From Glaucostegus cemiculus (Eukaryota), in contig CDPCPM010000213.1 of NCBI GenBank assembly GCA_976551045.1, positions 4,030,001 through 4,094,000 on the forward strand: DNA of 64,000 nucleotides, read 5' to 3'. Position 1 is the first letter of the stretch; each line of letters starts with the position of its first letter. The translations under genes and the position numbers were made by a program. Under the pieces are notes generated by a model. That model was not told where the DNA came from, searched no databases, and saw only the letters and a program-made list of their open reading frames with translations. Shown here piece after piece: positions 50,821 to 63,634 of this stretch.

Positions 50821-53109
50821 CTTTCTTTTTACAATATTTCTATTGATTCCTGTTACAAAGTAGCTTACTATAGGCAAATATCCCTTTAAGATGGGACACT
50901 GTGTGTGTGTGCAACGTATTACGTCAACAGAAGATAAGATGAACATGATGAGGTCATTACAAGAAAGAAAAAGAGAGGAGAGAGACAGACGGAGAGAGAG
51001 AAGAAGGAGAGACGGCAGCCTGTTTTGTTTCTGTCGATGGATGAAGGACAGTAAACTGTGTTTGTCACTAAAATCCGTGGATGGATTTCTGGAGTAGTCC
51101 AGTGGAGTTCACTTTGTCGGTAACCTGTAGAAGGACACAGGTGTTTGCGTGGACAACCACATTTTGGATGCTCTTCAGAGTGGCAGATACTGTGGAACAA
51201 AGTGACGGAATTCACTTTGCTGCTAACCTGTAGAAAAACACAGGTATTTGCATGGACAGTCACGATCCAGGAGTTTTCGGGGTGAGAAAGTCACTACCGA
51301 GTTAGCCCTGAAGTGTCATTTGAGTTTTGAGTGGAACATTCAGACTCGTGATTCCTCTCTAAGTTCTCTCCATATCTATGTTTTGTCTTCGGTGGACGGT
51401 GCTTGTGAAGAAGCCTTTATTCGTGTTTCATCTTACGGCTTATTGAACTGAACTTTAAGAACTAATTCCTGGACTTTGAGTTTAGGAATTACACACACAC
51501 ACGACGAGTAGTTTTTGGGGTTATAGTTTGAGATTCTAATATTTTGTTTTGTACTAATATACTAACTTTTTGTTCTTATTTTATATATTATCGGAAGTAG
51601 TTATTAATAAAGTAGTTTTAACACTGAAGTATGAATTGGTGTGCTTCTTTTGTTGGTTTCGTAACAATTCCACATAGAAAAATACAGAGTACATGAATCA
51701 AAAAAAGACAAAAATACTACAAAATACATGTGTTAAATCATACTTGAAATCACAATACCCCATATTGATAAACAAAAATGATAGTTAATTAATTACAATT
51801 AAATTGGAATAATTTATTATATAAAAATCTAAACTCACTCACTACCAAGACTGAAGCTGTTTGGTAAAAAAAAGACAAAGAAAAACCCTAAACACATAAT
51901 ATTAGCCAATATTTGTACTTTAACCAAATCAAAGGTTTTGAAAATACTTCAAAAAAGGTCCCCACAATATTAGAAAGTCTAAATTAGGTTCAGAAGTTGA
52001 ACAACAGATCTTCTCTAAATTTAGGTATGACAATATCCCGTAGCCATTGAACATGAGTAGGGGGAGTAACTTCCTTCCACTTAAGCAACACAGCCCTCCT
52101 GGCTATAAGAGAAATAAGGGCCAATACATGTAAATCAGAAGTCTCCAAAATTATATCTTTTTCTCCTACAATACTAACTAATGCAGTCAGAGGATTAGGC
52201 TTAAAATTTATTTTAAAAAGCACAGAAAAAGTTTGAAATACCTCTCCAGTATTTTTTAAGACTCAGACATGTCCAAAACATGTGGATTAAAGAAGTTTCT
52301 CCATTATTGCTTTTATCACAGTAAGGAGATATATCCAAATAACAACAAAATAGCTTGTCTTTGGACTATGCCCTATGGACCACATTAAATTGAGGAGGGA
52401 GTGACCCGCACATAATTAAGTATTAACCAATTTAAAAATTTCATTCCAAGTTTCCTCAGAAATTGAAATCTGCAAATCTTGTTCCCAAGCATTTTTAATT
52501 TTATCTAAGGTAACCTTACTTACTCCGAAAACCTACCATAAATATTAGATATTGAGCCATCATAAAAAGGCTTCAAATTAAAAATTACATTTAGTAAGTT
52601 CTTATCAGGACTCATAGGGAATGTATGTAATTGAGATCAGAGAAAGTCTCTGGTTTGTTAATATTGAAAAAAGTGGGTTTTTGGTAAACTATATTTAGTT
52701 GACAATTGTTCAAATGAAGAGAAATTTCCTCTAACAAACAGTTCCTGAAAGCAAGTAACACCCAATGTATCCCACTCTTTTAAAAACTACATCAGTCATA
52801 GAAGGTTTAAAGAACAAGTAGCAAAAATGGGACTAGACAAAGAAAATCTCGATAAACCATAATATTTTCTAAATTGTAGCCAAATCCTCAAACCATGTTT
52901 AACTACCAAATTATCAGTTGGTTTAATGACAAAGGAAGTGAAGAGCCAAGCAAAGAAATAATAGAAATTTTTTTAACAGAATTAGCTTCCAAAGAAATCC
53001 ATACTGGACAAGCTTCATGATTAATGTAGTGTAACCAAAATGTAAGATTTCGTATACTGACTGCCCAGTAATAAAGCCTAAACTTGGGTAAAGTAAAACC
53101 TCAATTTTT
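50821..53109 (-). mobile_element. 5'-truncated L1-clade LINE, split by a solo LTR
   Basis: PKFRLYYWAV motif near 53055-53087, Cys-rich SPYCDK..GETSLIHMFWTC, LIARRAVLLKWK...QWL; T-rich tail at the left end; TSD AAAGATTTT[G/C]TTT at 50808-50820 and 53110-53122. Confidence 0.88.
50851..51666 (+). mobile_element. Solo LTR (816 bp) of an LTR retrotransposon or ERV
   Basis: TGTTAC...GTAACA inverted termini, 5-bp TSD ATTCC (50846-50850, 51667-51671), AATAAA at 51606-51611, internal 52-bp direct repeats, CpG-rich. Confidence 0.88.
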
Positions 53110-53836
53110 AAAGATTTTCTTTGGTAGAGCTTTATCATTGACTTCATTTTTGTTAGTCCTTCTTGGTCAAGTGCTGCTTTGACATTATGAGCAATCATCT
53201 TTACTTCATCTCTGAAATTCAGCTCTATTGTCCACATTTGGAAAAAGACAATAAGGAGATCTGTATGTTTGTACATTACGTTCTTTCTCACAGCCATTCA
53301 TTCTGGATATGGGCAATTTTGAGCCAATTCTCTCTGTAAGTCATATTTGCTCAAGCATCAGTAAGGGTTGTACAAGAAAGATCGAAAACAAACTAGAAAA
53401 AGCTGCCTTTCGAGTTCTTGTGCAAATCATCATCAGAATATAACTGGCTCCGAGTGGGTAAATTGTCATGGGATTAGTTTAGGAACTCTGAGTACCAATA
53501 TATTCTCTAACTTTTAAATAATATAGCAATACTTATAGGCAATTTTACATTATTAGATAGGCTAACAAAATCACCTAAACAATCTTAGTCATGTATTTAT
53601 GCCAAGCCTATAATGCATCAGCATGAAGGTTATTTGAAAATATTTCATAATCTTTTTTGTTTAAAGTACTTTTGAATCATTGTGAACAATTTTCACATTG
53701 AGTATCAGTCAACTGCAGAGCAAATTATCAAACTAACATGCTCAATGTGCAGATCAGAAATTTTACCATTAATCATCACTTAACTTTTAATACATATACT
53801 AATAATCAAAATGCTAAAAAGGGCAGAAAATATTAC

Positions 53837-53858
53837 CTGTGTTATCTGGTGAGCTCAT
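53837..53858 (-). CDS. HDAC5: First coding segment (22 nt, MSSPDNT + first base of Asp) of a class IIa histone deacetylase, most likely HDAC5
   Basis: Minus strand reads gaatc-ATG AGC TCA CCA GAT AAC ACA G|GTAATA: A at -3, GT donor, phase 1. It splices in frame to the 72-nt exon at 3739-3810, giving MSSPDNTDGVSGREQPLELL..., like recalled HDAC5 MNSPNESDGMSGREPSLEIL and HDAC4 [20 protein letters not shown]. Confidence 0.8.
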
Positions 53859-54026
53859 GATTCAAATGGTCAAGATGGAAGCACCTGCCACTCAATGACT
53901 TTGTTCGCAATACACAAGCCAATAGATCCTGCTGAGATTCGAGATGGTGCTGATGCTGCTGATTTTCTACATTAGGCTGGTATCCCTTGCTACATCAGGT
54001 ATGTGTAATTACTCTCAGGTGTAATT
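53859..54026 (-). other. HDAC5: 5'UTR part of the start-codon exon (whole exon 53837-54026, 190 nt)
   Basis: Minus-strand acceptor ttgtttctcttttgatatgcAG| (AG at 54028-54027) with a pyrimidine tract. This implies a further non-coding exon upstream, not found in the window. Confidence 0.65.
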
Positions 54027-56359
54027 CTGCATATCAAAAGAGAAACAAGCCCATAAGTGCATCTTGCAATGCTGATTTCAGCCTTGGAAATGAATAGCTT
54101 ACTGCAATAACAAATTTTTCTGATACACCTATCCAGTAGCAAAATACATTAAAGAAAAAAATCAAATGATAGCTAATGTTCAACATTCTTTTCTTCACAT
54201 ACAACTTATAAATGTAAAATTTTAAATGTGCTTGAAAACCTTTCATCTTCATGCAGTTTCATTTCTATCTAATTATAAATTGCCATTTCTAATGGAAATG
54301 CCTACATGGAAATGCATAATATGTCACGTGTAATCAAACCAGTGATAGCAGCAATATAGTATTATCAACTTCACATCTTCTAAACATTTTCAGCTTTTCC
54401 CAGTCAGCTCTATTTCTGTTTAGTTTATGGTTCATTTTGCTATTCAGTTATTAATAATTAGATTTTTTTTTTAAAAATCAAATTATGCAAGATTAGGACA
54501 TGATTTAAAATAAAGGTTGATGTATGTTCAAGTGTTTCATTCAATTCTCCCCAATCTGGTCCTTATTACTGCATCTGTAAATACTATGGGAGACCTATAA
54601 CCTGTGGTAAAGACATAGTTCCTTTAAAATTCTTAAGGTTTTCCCCACCAAACTTCTGCTTAAACAAAACAGAATCTAACTAATTTATATTCTTGGACTC
54701 ATCACAAACAATACTATAAAGATCTGCTGGTAATACACAAAAAACATTGCAAATATTCTAAATGCAAAGCTAGAAACAAGGAAGGTCCTAAACTCCATTC
54801 TTCATTATCAGTCAGAATTTCTGATTCTTATCCAGCTGAGAGTAAACCATTGTACATGCATTAAAATGAAGCAAAGACATGGTCATAGCCAGACTCATTC
54901 CTGTTGAGCCCATTAACACTCATCATCCATTGTCAAAGATCAAGAATAGCTGTGGCATTCAATAGTGAGAACCACTTCTCAGTGGAATTGTATACAGTAT
55001 TAAAAATAACTTAAGCAATCAGACTTTTTTTTAATTGCTAAATGTTAGTTTGATATATCTCACCACACATAATTTTCTCATTTGAAATAATTACAATAGT
55101 AATAACTTGCACTTCCACACACTTTTACAAATGCAAGACTTCCCAGGCAAAGTATACATTACCTAATTACAGAGTAAGACACAGAAGAGGTAGGTCACAA
55201 CCAAAAATATGGTTAATTAGGTATGTGTTCAAGAGGCACTACTAGAAAAAAAACTAACTTCTCATCATTTGGCTAATTCAGCTGTCTTCAGTTCATCCAT
55301 TTTAATCAGGATTAGTAAATGAAGCACGTTCTGTGGAGCGCAGCAATCTGCATTAAGTGGAAAGAAACAAAATAGCAAAAGCAGCATTATCTTAACTGAG
55401 GGTGGCATAAAAGGCAGCTGCAGAAAAATGAGTTTAACATTCCTTATCAATGGTGCACAAGAGAACAGCAGGAGCCTAGGATACAACATACAGTGGAAGG
55501 CAAAAAGAACAAAATCAAGTCTTTTCAAGCTAACTGTAAACATAACTTTTCTATAAGCTCTAAATGTTAGATTTCACACAATCATGTTTTAAAGCAATTT
55601 GCTAGCACTAATTCCAACCAGACATGGAATTCACACTTTGCTGTGCTCAAAGTTCATATTAACAGTGATAAACTGGTCAGAGCTACATAATTCTAACATA
55701 ATCTTTAATTATAAACAAGTGCACAGTTCATAGTATTTCATCCCCACTTACTAAATTAATGACATCAATAAAAACTGCATGAACTATTGAAAGTCAAAAT
55801 ATTACAGGAATATAATTAATCACTGTAAAATCACAAATGACTTTAATATATCTGGCACATATGCCATTTTTGATTTTTTTTTAAAAAAACACTATCACTA
55901 ATTGGTTGACCACTCCAGCATGGTGCAAATCTAGCTTCCTGTTCAAGTCAAACTTTAAAAGGAAATACATTTTTAGAAACAGTTGAGTAAGGTATTGAAA
56001 CTCAGCTCATGTGGAATAAACAATGCATCAATTAATATCATGAGGTATTCTCTGTAAATGTACAAATTGTGATTATTTGTTCTATTTATGACTACAAAAC
56101 AATTGTTTAAACTGTATTATATATAAATTCCAATTATAACTTTATTATCATGGAGCTGAGCATGAGAAACATTGCTAACAACCATTAGTCAATGTATTTT
56201 TTCATGTCGTTGACTGAAGTATTGTCTTTTGGTTGTGGGACTGTAGTGAGTGGATGCAAGTGTTTCATACACCACTTATCTGACTCGCATACAAGGAGAT
56301 AAGAATCCATTAGCTGCTAAGCAAAATTTCTAAGAAACCAACATCTTAAAATTCTTTCT

Positions 56360-57200
56360 GGTGACTTGGGCCAGCATTTATTGTTTACATCCAGTTATTC
56401 TTGGACAGAATCATGATAATCCTCATGGTGAAGATAATCCCACAATGCAGTTAGGTGGGCTATTCCAGGATTTTTACCTAGAAACCACAATGGAACAGAT
56501 CTGTACAAGGCAGGATGTTACTACATTTGGAGATTAACCCTTAGCTGTTTGTCATCCTCACACCTCCTACCAATGTCCTTTAAAAGGTCTTGCATTGCAG
56601 TGTTCCATTAAAAAAAATGGCTTGGCAAGTTGATTTTGTGTAGTATAGTGCATCCCGATGATAGGACTCACAACCATGGTAGGAAGGAATGGGTGTTCCA
56701 ACTGTTACACCAGTTGGAATGGGTCCAATAAAATGAACTGCTCTCTTCTTTATCGAGTCAGGCTTCTTGCTGCAGCGAATGCAACTGGAAAACAATCTTG
56801 CAATTGGAAAATGATCCACTGAACTCCATCCTTTTGTCTCATAGACAGTGGAAAGATGCTGGTATATCAGGAAGTAAGAAAGTCACAAGAAGCTTTGAGT
56901 GGCTGTTTCTTCCTGGTTCTGTAACCGAAGTACTTGTGTGACAAATGACTACCTCTAGAACGTGAGTAGGGAATTTAAAGTAAATACCATTGAAATCATG
57001 AGAATCTAACCAGTAAATACAGTTAGATTTTCTTTTTGAAGGCACTTATCAGTACATATACGTTAAATGCCACAAAACAACATGCACACTTGTATCAATC
57101 AAGTCTTGCTGTGGATGAAAGTGAACTGCTGCATCACATGGGAAATTGTAAATGGATCTAAGTGCTGTAGTTACCCAAGTACATTTATTTCTGATCTGCA
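56360..57200 (-). mobile_element. Decayed CR1/L2-group LINE (family B) 3' region
   Basis: gacttgggccagcatttattg...tattccaggatttttacc; colinear with 49990-50800. Confidence 0.55.
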
Positions 57201-57375
57201 AGGACATAGTCACCTAACTTTGTCAAGGGACTTTTATCATTGATTTGCAGTAAGTCATAACTGTCTTTATCACAGGGATATTGCTGACTTATTAACTAAA
57301 ATCATATCACTTATCCTGTTAGGACACTATAGGCCTGCTATGAAAGGTTACCCTGAATCAAGTGAGGAGGATCTT

Positions 57376-57476
57376 TAATAAAAACAGAAAATGCTGAAAA
57401 AATTCAGCAGGTCAAGCAGCACCTGTGGAAGGAGAAACAATTAACCTTTCAGACTGAAGACCCTTCATCAGAACAT
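57376..57476. mobile_element. Penelope-like terminal repeat with the best-preserved hammerhead core
   Basis: Minus strand gtt-CTGATGA-agggtcttcagtct-GAAA-ggttaattg. Confidence 0.75.
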
Positions 57477-57484
57477 CCACAACA

Positions 57485-57675
57485 TTGGACTCTTTCAGTT
57501 GACGCATTAAACTGAGGTGCATTAGTCCTCCAGAGAAGGTGGGGGGTGGGGGATGGGGGGGGGGGGAGGGGAACACAAGAGATGGTAATTACTTCAAATG
57601 GAAGGAAGACAGCTCTCCCAGACAGGGCAATACTTATTCATCATCCACCATCACTCAAACTAGTCATCATCAGGG
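57485..57675 (+). mobile_element. DeuSINE (SacSINE1/AmnSINE1-like) central-domain fragment interrupted by a G-tract
   Basis: ttaaactgaggtgc...ctctccc...ggcaatacttattcatcatccaccatcact resembles the recalled Deu domain. Confidence 0.45.
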
Positions 57676-57977
57676 TTGCTACTTAAAAGCTGGCAAAGCT
57701 ATGGTTGGGGTTCTAGTGGCCAAAGCTTTCAAGGGCAGGGGTTTTTCAGTGTATCATTGAAGCCCTGCCACCACTTCAGTGGCATTGCTCAAATCTAAGA
57801 TCTTTGGGCCACATAGCCCTCTGCATCCAGAGAAGTACATGTTTGGGTGATCATGAGTGGCATTTGCAATTTTGGGTCTATCCTAATAAAGATTGTGTCA
57901 TAAAACTGAAATTAAGGTACAAATGAAATAATTTATTTTTGAGCCTACACAAGTCATGGAATTTTTGAATTTGTGTT

Positions 57978-58056
57978 GATAGAACAGAGAAAAACTACAG
58001 CACAATTCAGGCCCTTCGGCCCACAAAGCTGTGCTGAACATGTCCCTACAATCTAA
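57978..58056 (-). mobile_element. Short young CR1 3' tail
   Basis: Near reverse complement of 27147-27220. Confidence 0.75.
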
Positions 58057-61000
58057 AGCAGTAACCATTGATACTCTTAAAAAGATCAAGAAAATAATAA
58101 TAGCTTAACATACCTATAAATACTCAGTAAGACCTCAGGCAATGGTGTAATATTTTCTGGGTTTTTCTTTTTGTGTCTGATTGCTTGAAGCACTCATCAA
58201 TTAAATGACATTTAACTACATTGAGGGTAGTTGCAAAACAGTTCTTCCTGTGAAGAATCAGAGGATCACTGAAAGCAACTTCTGGTTTACTAAATTTAAT
58301 CAGATATGTGCATTCTCCAAAAGCAATTACCAGATATCCTCCACTGTAAATGTGAACTCTGTTAGCTTCACCATCATTTTTAAACATACATTCCAGATCA
58401 CTGCTGACAGATTATAGCATTAGCAACTTTAATCTTTTCAAATTTCTCCTAGGATTCTGCTGAAAAGGGGAGAAATGAGATTTGACTTTTCTATTCTTTA
58501 AACAATTATCTAGTCTGAATGTTACTTAAACCTCTATATAAGATGTATGTTCAAATGGTTCCTCATCATATTGAATCACTGGGTATGTAACAAAAACTGC
58601 TTCCTTTGGCCCAAGTGTGAAGACTGGTAAGCTGCAAGTTACCTGATTTCACTACACCATCATGCTGTACCAAATGACTAATATCCGTTGTCCAGCTGAC
58701 AATACAATAATTGACAGGAAATAATGATAGTTGGTTAGCCAGTCAAACTCATTAATGGACCAGAGGGGAACTTATTGGGAGGAGTAGGGAGGGAGTACCA
58801 GAAATAAGATTTATTTCCAGATTTCAAGCATTTTTGCAAACCCTTGCCATATAACTATTCCTAACTAAACACAAAATAATAGAAAATTTGCCAGTGGTCT
58901 GTGCTTACAAGTGTTCACATTTATTAAGTTGTGAAAAAAGGTAATTCAGGAGATAATTTTAGAAACTGAATAAAACAAACATTTCATTCACCAACATTGA
59001 GAAAAGTTTATTTCACCACCATTATAAGATGTAAATCATTTTATTATTGGTTTCATGTTAGAGAGGGAAATACAAAATGATCCAAATTTTCAATGGGAAT
59101 AGATTTCTAATCCAGCAGTTTATTTTTTTTAAATATCCCTCAATCTCTTGTTCCTTGATGGACTTTTCAAAGTTATTTAATGAAGGGGAGAAAATTCTCC
59201 CTTTCCTCTGAAGATGCTGACTAATTACTTAAGTACAATCCCATAGATGTAGGTTATCCTTCAGTCTTTCACCCAAAGAATCATGCTGTATTAAGAACTA
59301 AGACAGTGGTTATTGGTTTACAGTTAATCCCTATCCTGATCAAACATGCACACCAATTACTAGACAGTAAATACAGTGGAAGTACTAGACAAATCTTTCC
59401 CTTCTTCAATTTAGGGATATGGACATAAAATTAACATCAAAATTAAAATCCCAAATAAATAAATCACCCAATTTCACAAACCGTATATCAAACCTGAAAC
59501 TTACCCAGTCTGTATGTATTGCTAAGCTAAAATCTGCCTTCATTAGATTCATTATCAAGTTAGCTATAGCTTATGCTATTTTATATATAACATCACTGCC
59601 AATATCTCACTTTCAATAGACTGTGACTGAAATTATTGTAATTAACACTGCAACAGCAACATAAGTAATTTAAATTTAGCGGTCAGCTGGTGGCTATACC
59701 AGCATTAATTAGCATCTTGCTCTGTGATGGTGATGGAGAACGCTATTAGAGAATATTCAGAGCAGAAGCAATCTTTGGACTTACAATGCAATCAAATATA
59801 TTGTTTAATATTACATCCAAGGGTCAAAAATACTTCATGGAAGTGCAGCATCATGAGGAAACATAACAAATGAAGGACAGAGATAAGATATTGACAAACT
59901 AGTTGCAGTAAAATAAATCCATTTTTGGAAGCACACATTCAGCTGAAGGAAATGCTTTAAATATTTAGCAATCCACCAAATGTCAGATTTCCAAACTAAC
60001 CACCTAACAATCTGTGAATATTTAAATCAACAACTTGCATTTACACTATACCTTCAAAGTATTAAAAGGACTCCATAAATAATTGAGACCAAGACTAATA
60101 AACTAGCTTTGAGGGAACAATTGAGAACAGAGAAGTAGAATCATGGTGAGGTTTGGGAACAAAATTCCAAAGCTGAGGAAAACTAATGCCATTGCTCATG
60201 GTTAGTCAAAGGTTGGATTGATACAAAAGAAAGTACAATAGCATGATGGGATGGGGAAAGAATGCACATCTACATTATTAACGTGGGAAACAAACACACT
60301 GGTGTTTTTCAGAAATATTTCTTTCCCCTGTAACCTTTTGAACATGCATTCCCTTTATTTCACCAATTTATAAATAAATCCATTGCTGCACACAATTGCC
60401 AACAGCTCTTTTTCAAATCTGTTTTGTGTGTGTGTTTGTCCAACAAAGATTTTATAACTAGTTTAAATAAAGTTCCATGTTCCTTCAGCACCAAATACCT
60501 TTGCCATTGTTCTACGCATAACCAAAAGATTCTGCTTGAACATTTGAGAATTTTAATTTTCAGTATTCTTTGTTTATAAAATAAAGACCTTTCAGAATCT
60601 GCATTTCTTCATACAATCATTCACTTCCCTTGCTTTTAAGATGAATGTGTTTAAAAAATGATTAGGATAACAACTAAAACATCACAAAATATTAATTTCT
60701 GTTGTTCTAAAACATTGCTTGGAATATGTAACCTATACGTTCTTAGAACACTAGCCTAATATTTTGTTGGGCACCCTTTGATGCCACTTTTATAAGTGTA
60801 TCTGGTAAATCTATACTTAAGGAGTTAGCCATCGTTCTCCTCTAATCTTAGTCCTTGTGCTGATGCTTCACTTCCAGCAGTATTGGATGGGCAACTCTAA
60901 GATACCAACCCAGTGACAAACAAATTACTGTTGAATCATGACCAAGTTGTGATAATGGGGAAAAGCTGGAAGTGATGTCACTCCCACAATGAATTAACTT

Positions 61001-61062
61001 TATGCTGCTTGAGCTCAGAACAAATTAGTAATAGAATGGGAGGGAAGCAGGGATGACCTTTG

Positions 61063-61408
61063 AACACAGTTGTGCAGCTAGTAGAGCCACTACCTCAAAG
61101 CTCCAGTGATCCAGGTTCAATCCTGACCCCGAGCACTGCCCATGTGGAGTTTGCATGTGCTATCTATGACCACATGGGTTTCCCTGGGTGCTGAGGTTTC
61201 CTCCCATATCCAATAGACACAATGGTCAGTCGTTTAATTCGACACTGCAAATTACCGCTAGTGTGTAAGTTGTAGAATCTGGGGGATCTTGTCGGGAATG
61301 TGAAGAGAATAAAATGGGATTAATTTAGGATTAGTCCAGTTGAGCAGTTGATGGTCTGATTTGGTGGGTCAAAGGGCCCGTCTCTGTGCTCTATGTCTCT
61401 ATGACTCT
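61063..61408 (+). mobile_element. V-SINE with CR1-type tail (same family as 29445-29790)
   Basis: B-box ggttcaatcct, V-domain gggtttccctgggtgctgaggtttcctcccat, tail aaagggcccgtctctgtgctctatgtctctatgactct. Confidence 0.85.
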
Positions 61409-61739
61409 TTAACCTGGAATTTGGTCAGAATTCAGTGAAAGAAGTGCAAAGGTTCTAAGTATAGCAACTGAGGGGCGAAAAGTAACAAAAGACAAAAAAG
61501 GGAGCTCGGTAATTTAAATGATGAAGACTTACCATTGCTTTTAAACTATTTTTTCGGTCTTTTATTCAATTCAAAAAAGAAACATAAGACTCTAAATACA
61601 GAATTCTTTATGCACCATGGAATATTATTTGTTTTCTAGCCCCAGGTTCTGGAGGTGCTACCTCCCACAGCTGCAAATTGGTCCATCCACTTGGTCTGAA
61701 ATGGTCAGCCTAAGTGAGTACTGTGCTCAGCATCAAAAT

Positions 61740-62440
61740 ATTTGGAAAAAAGTTCTTGCAAATGACATTTCAGAGGCCCAAACTGGGGTCAGAGTACAAA
61801 ATGATATTCAGAGAAGGAACGCAAGTCTGTTAGAATGATGGTCAAGCAGAGGGATAGGAGCAATCATCCCAGGTGCTCTCCAACTGTCTCCTCTGGCGGG
61901 AGATGATGTGGAGACTGAAGAGTTGATAGGTGGGAGTATCAGGCAGAGAATCAATCCAGCAGCCTGTTAAGGAAGGAGCAAAAAAGAGAAAGTTTAGCAG
62001 CCAAGTTGTGGTACCAAATTTACAGATAGAATTCTGCAAATCAGACCCGCATAGGTGGGTACTTTGGTACCTGGGTGCATGAGGGAATGCTAGGTGACAA
62101 AATGATGGTACACTGGCTAGTCTCTATGCAGAAATGAATAATAAAAGCAGCATTTGTATGGCGGTTCCTTGTGCTAAATTTAGCACATCAAAAAGTAGAA
62201 ACGGTAGTCAGGTCTAGGAAGTCAAAATTTTGGTTCCCCCCACAGTAGAATTGATGGACACCACTAAAACAGAAATGGAGATGGGGGTGGGGTGAGGATG
62301 ATGGTTGCAGAGATATTGACAAAATGTAAATGGTAAAGGGTAGGCAATGTGTTTAAGCTGGATGCATGGGTACAGGAGAGCCTTAACAGCAAATGTAGTG
62401 AAATAATCGTAAATGCAAGTCAAAGATTAATGGGTCTAAC
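61740..62440 (-). mobile_element. Probable decayed Penelope-like RT C-terminal region
   Basis: Minus-strand FCQYLCNHHP...DFLDL...SIP-like motifs. Confidence 0.4.
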
Positions 62441-63009
62441 TCTGATGAAGTGAGAAAAAGTAAAAAGTATTGATTAAAAAATGTAAAAGATGAAAGACAA
62501 AGAACCAGTACTTGCATTCAAGCAAATATTCTGACAAAAACATTTATGGCCTGCATGAACTTGCATGGATGAATTGAATATATAATTAGCAGTGCAGAAA
62601 TATGGCTAAAATAATTCTAATCTATGAGGTACATATCTGGAAAGATGCAAATTACTTAAATGCAATTATTAAAGGGAATGCATGAAGTAGTGTATTTATT
62701 GATTTTAATAATGAGAATGCATGGGGGAAAAGGGTCAAACAGAGAATCAGTCTGGCTAGACCCATAGATGATAACATATTGGATCTATTATTGGGATAAA
62801 GTTATACAACTCAATGTCAGGCTTATTTGAATTTTGGGATGAGGAATGATATTAAGAAAGGACCATCTGTGCAGCTACAGATTTAATTTAACCCAAATTT
62901 ATTGGAACTTTAATGGTCCAAGATTCAAGGAAATGGCAATATTAAACATCAAATAGCAAGAGAGACTTTTTTACCACCTGATTCTCAAACAGCAAATTTA
63001 TGCCACAAT

Positions 63010-63560
63010 TTACCGAGAATATCTTAGCACACCCAGCAGCATCTTCTATTCTTTCATACGCCAGATCCACCCGATTACTGATACATTTAGTGATTCAAGA
63101 AATGCTTTTCTCGTCACACGCTGAGATCCACACTTAATGTCATGTATCAGAAATCGGATGTCCTCTTGATCCATCACTCCAACAGGAATGATAGACTATC
63201 TCAAAACCACCTTGTCTACAGTTCCACTTTATCATTTGCCACAATCGATATTTCAGCCAAAGATTTTTTCTGCCCTTTCTTTCAGGCATCAATGATCATG
63301 AACTTTAACACCTCTATTTCAATACTCCTGAGGATATTTCTTTTCCTTCACTTTCTTCTGAATCCATCCCTTCCCAAATCGTACTCATTTTCATATTTTC
63401 ACCATTCCTCTGATCTTCCCCTCTGATGCCAAACAATCTGTTTTTGGTATCAGATTGGAAGAGGTTTCAGCTTCAACACTTATCTTAATACGTTCCAAAC
63501 CTAGCATGACATTGAGCTCTTCCACTGTAATCACCTCCTTGTCCATTTCTTTGACCAGGA
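63010..63560 (-). mobile_element. Very decayed CR1-like fragment
   Basis: Weak similarity only. Confidence 0.3.
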
Positions 63561-63634
63561 ATGTACATCCTTTCATCCATCTTCAAAACTCCCCATTCAC
63601 CTAAACCTCTCCCTCTGGCCTCCCTAACTCCTCC

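Larger units (their letters stand above)
49990..53460 (-). mobile_element. CR1/L2-group LINE (family B), split by an L1 insertion
   Basis: 3' part at 49990-50820; RT part at 53123-53460 (WTIELNFRDEVKMIAHNVKAALDQEGL), homologous to 24400-24500. Confidence 0.7.
3811..53836 (-). other. HDAC5: Intron of about 50 kb (50,026 nt, GT-AG, phase 1) between the two coding exons
   Basis: GT at 53836-53835 and AG at 3812-3811 on the minus strand; reading frames are compatible; no intervening coding exon recognised. Confidence 0.75.

Noticed and set aside
51104-51258. Spaced direct repeats resembling a CRISPR array
   Set aside because: Only two imperfect 52-bp copies inside an LTR in eukaryotic DNA.
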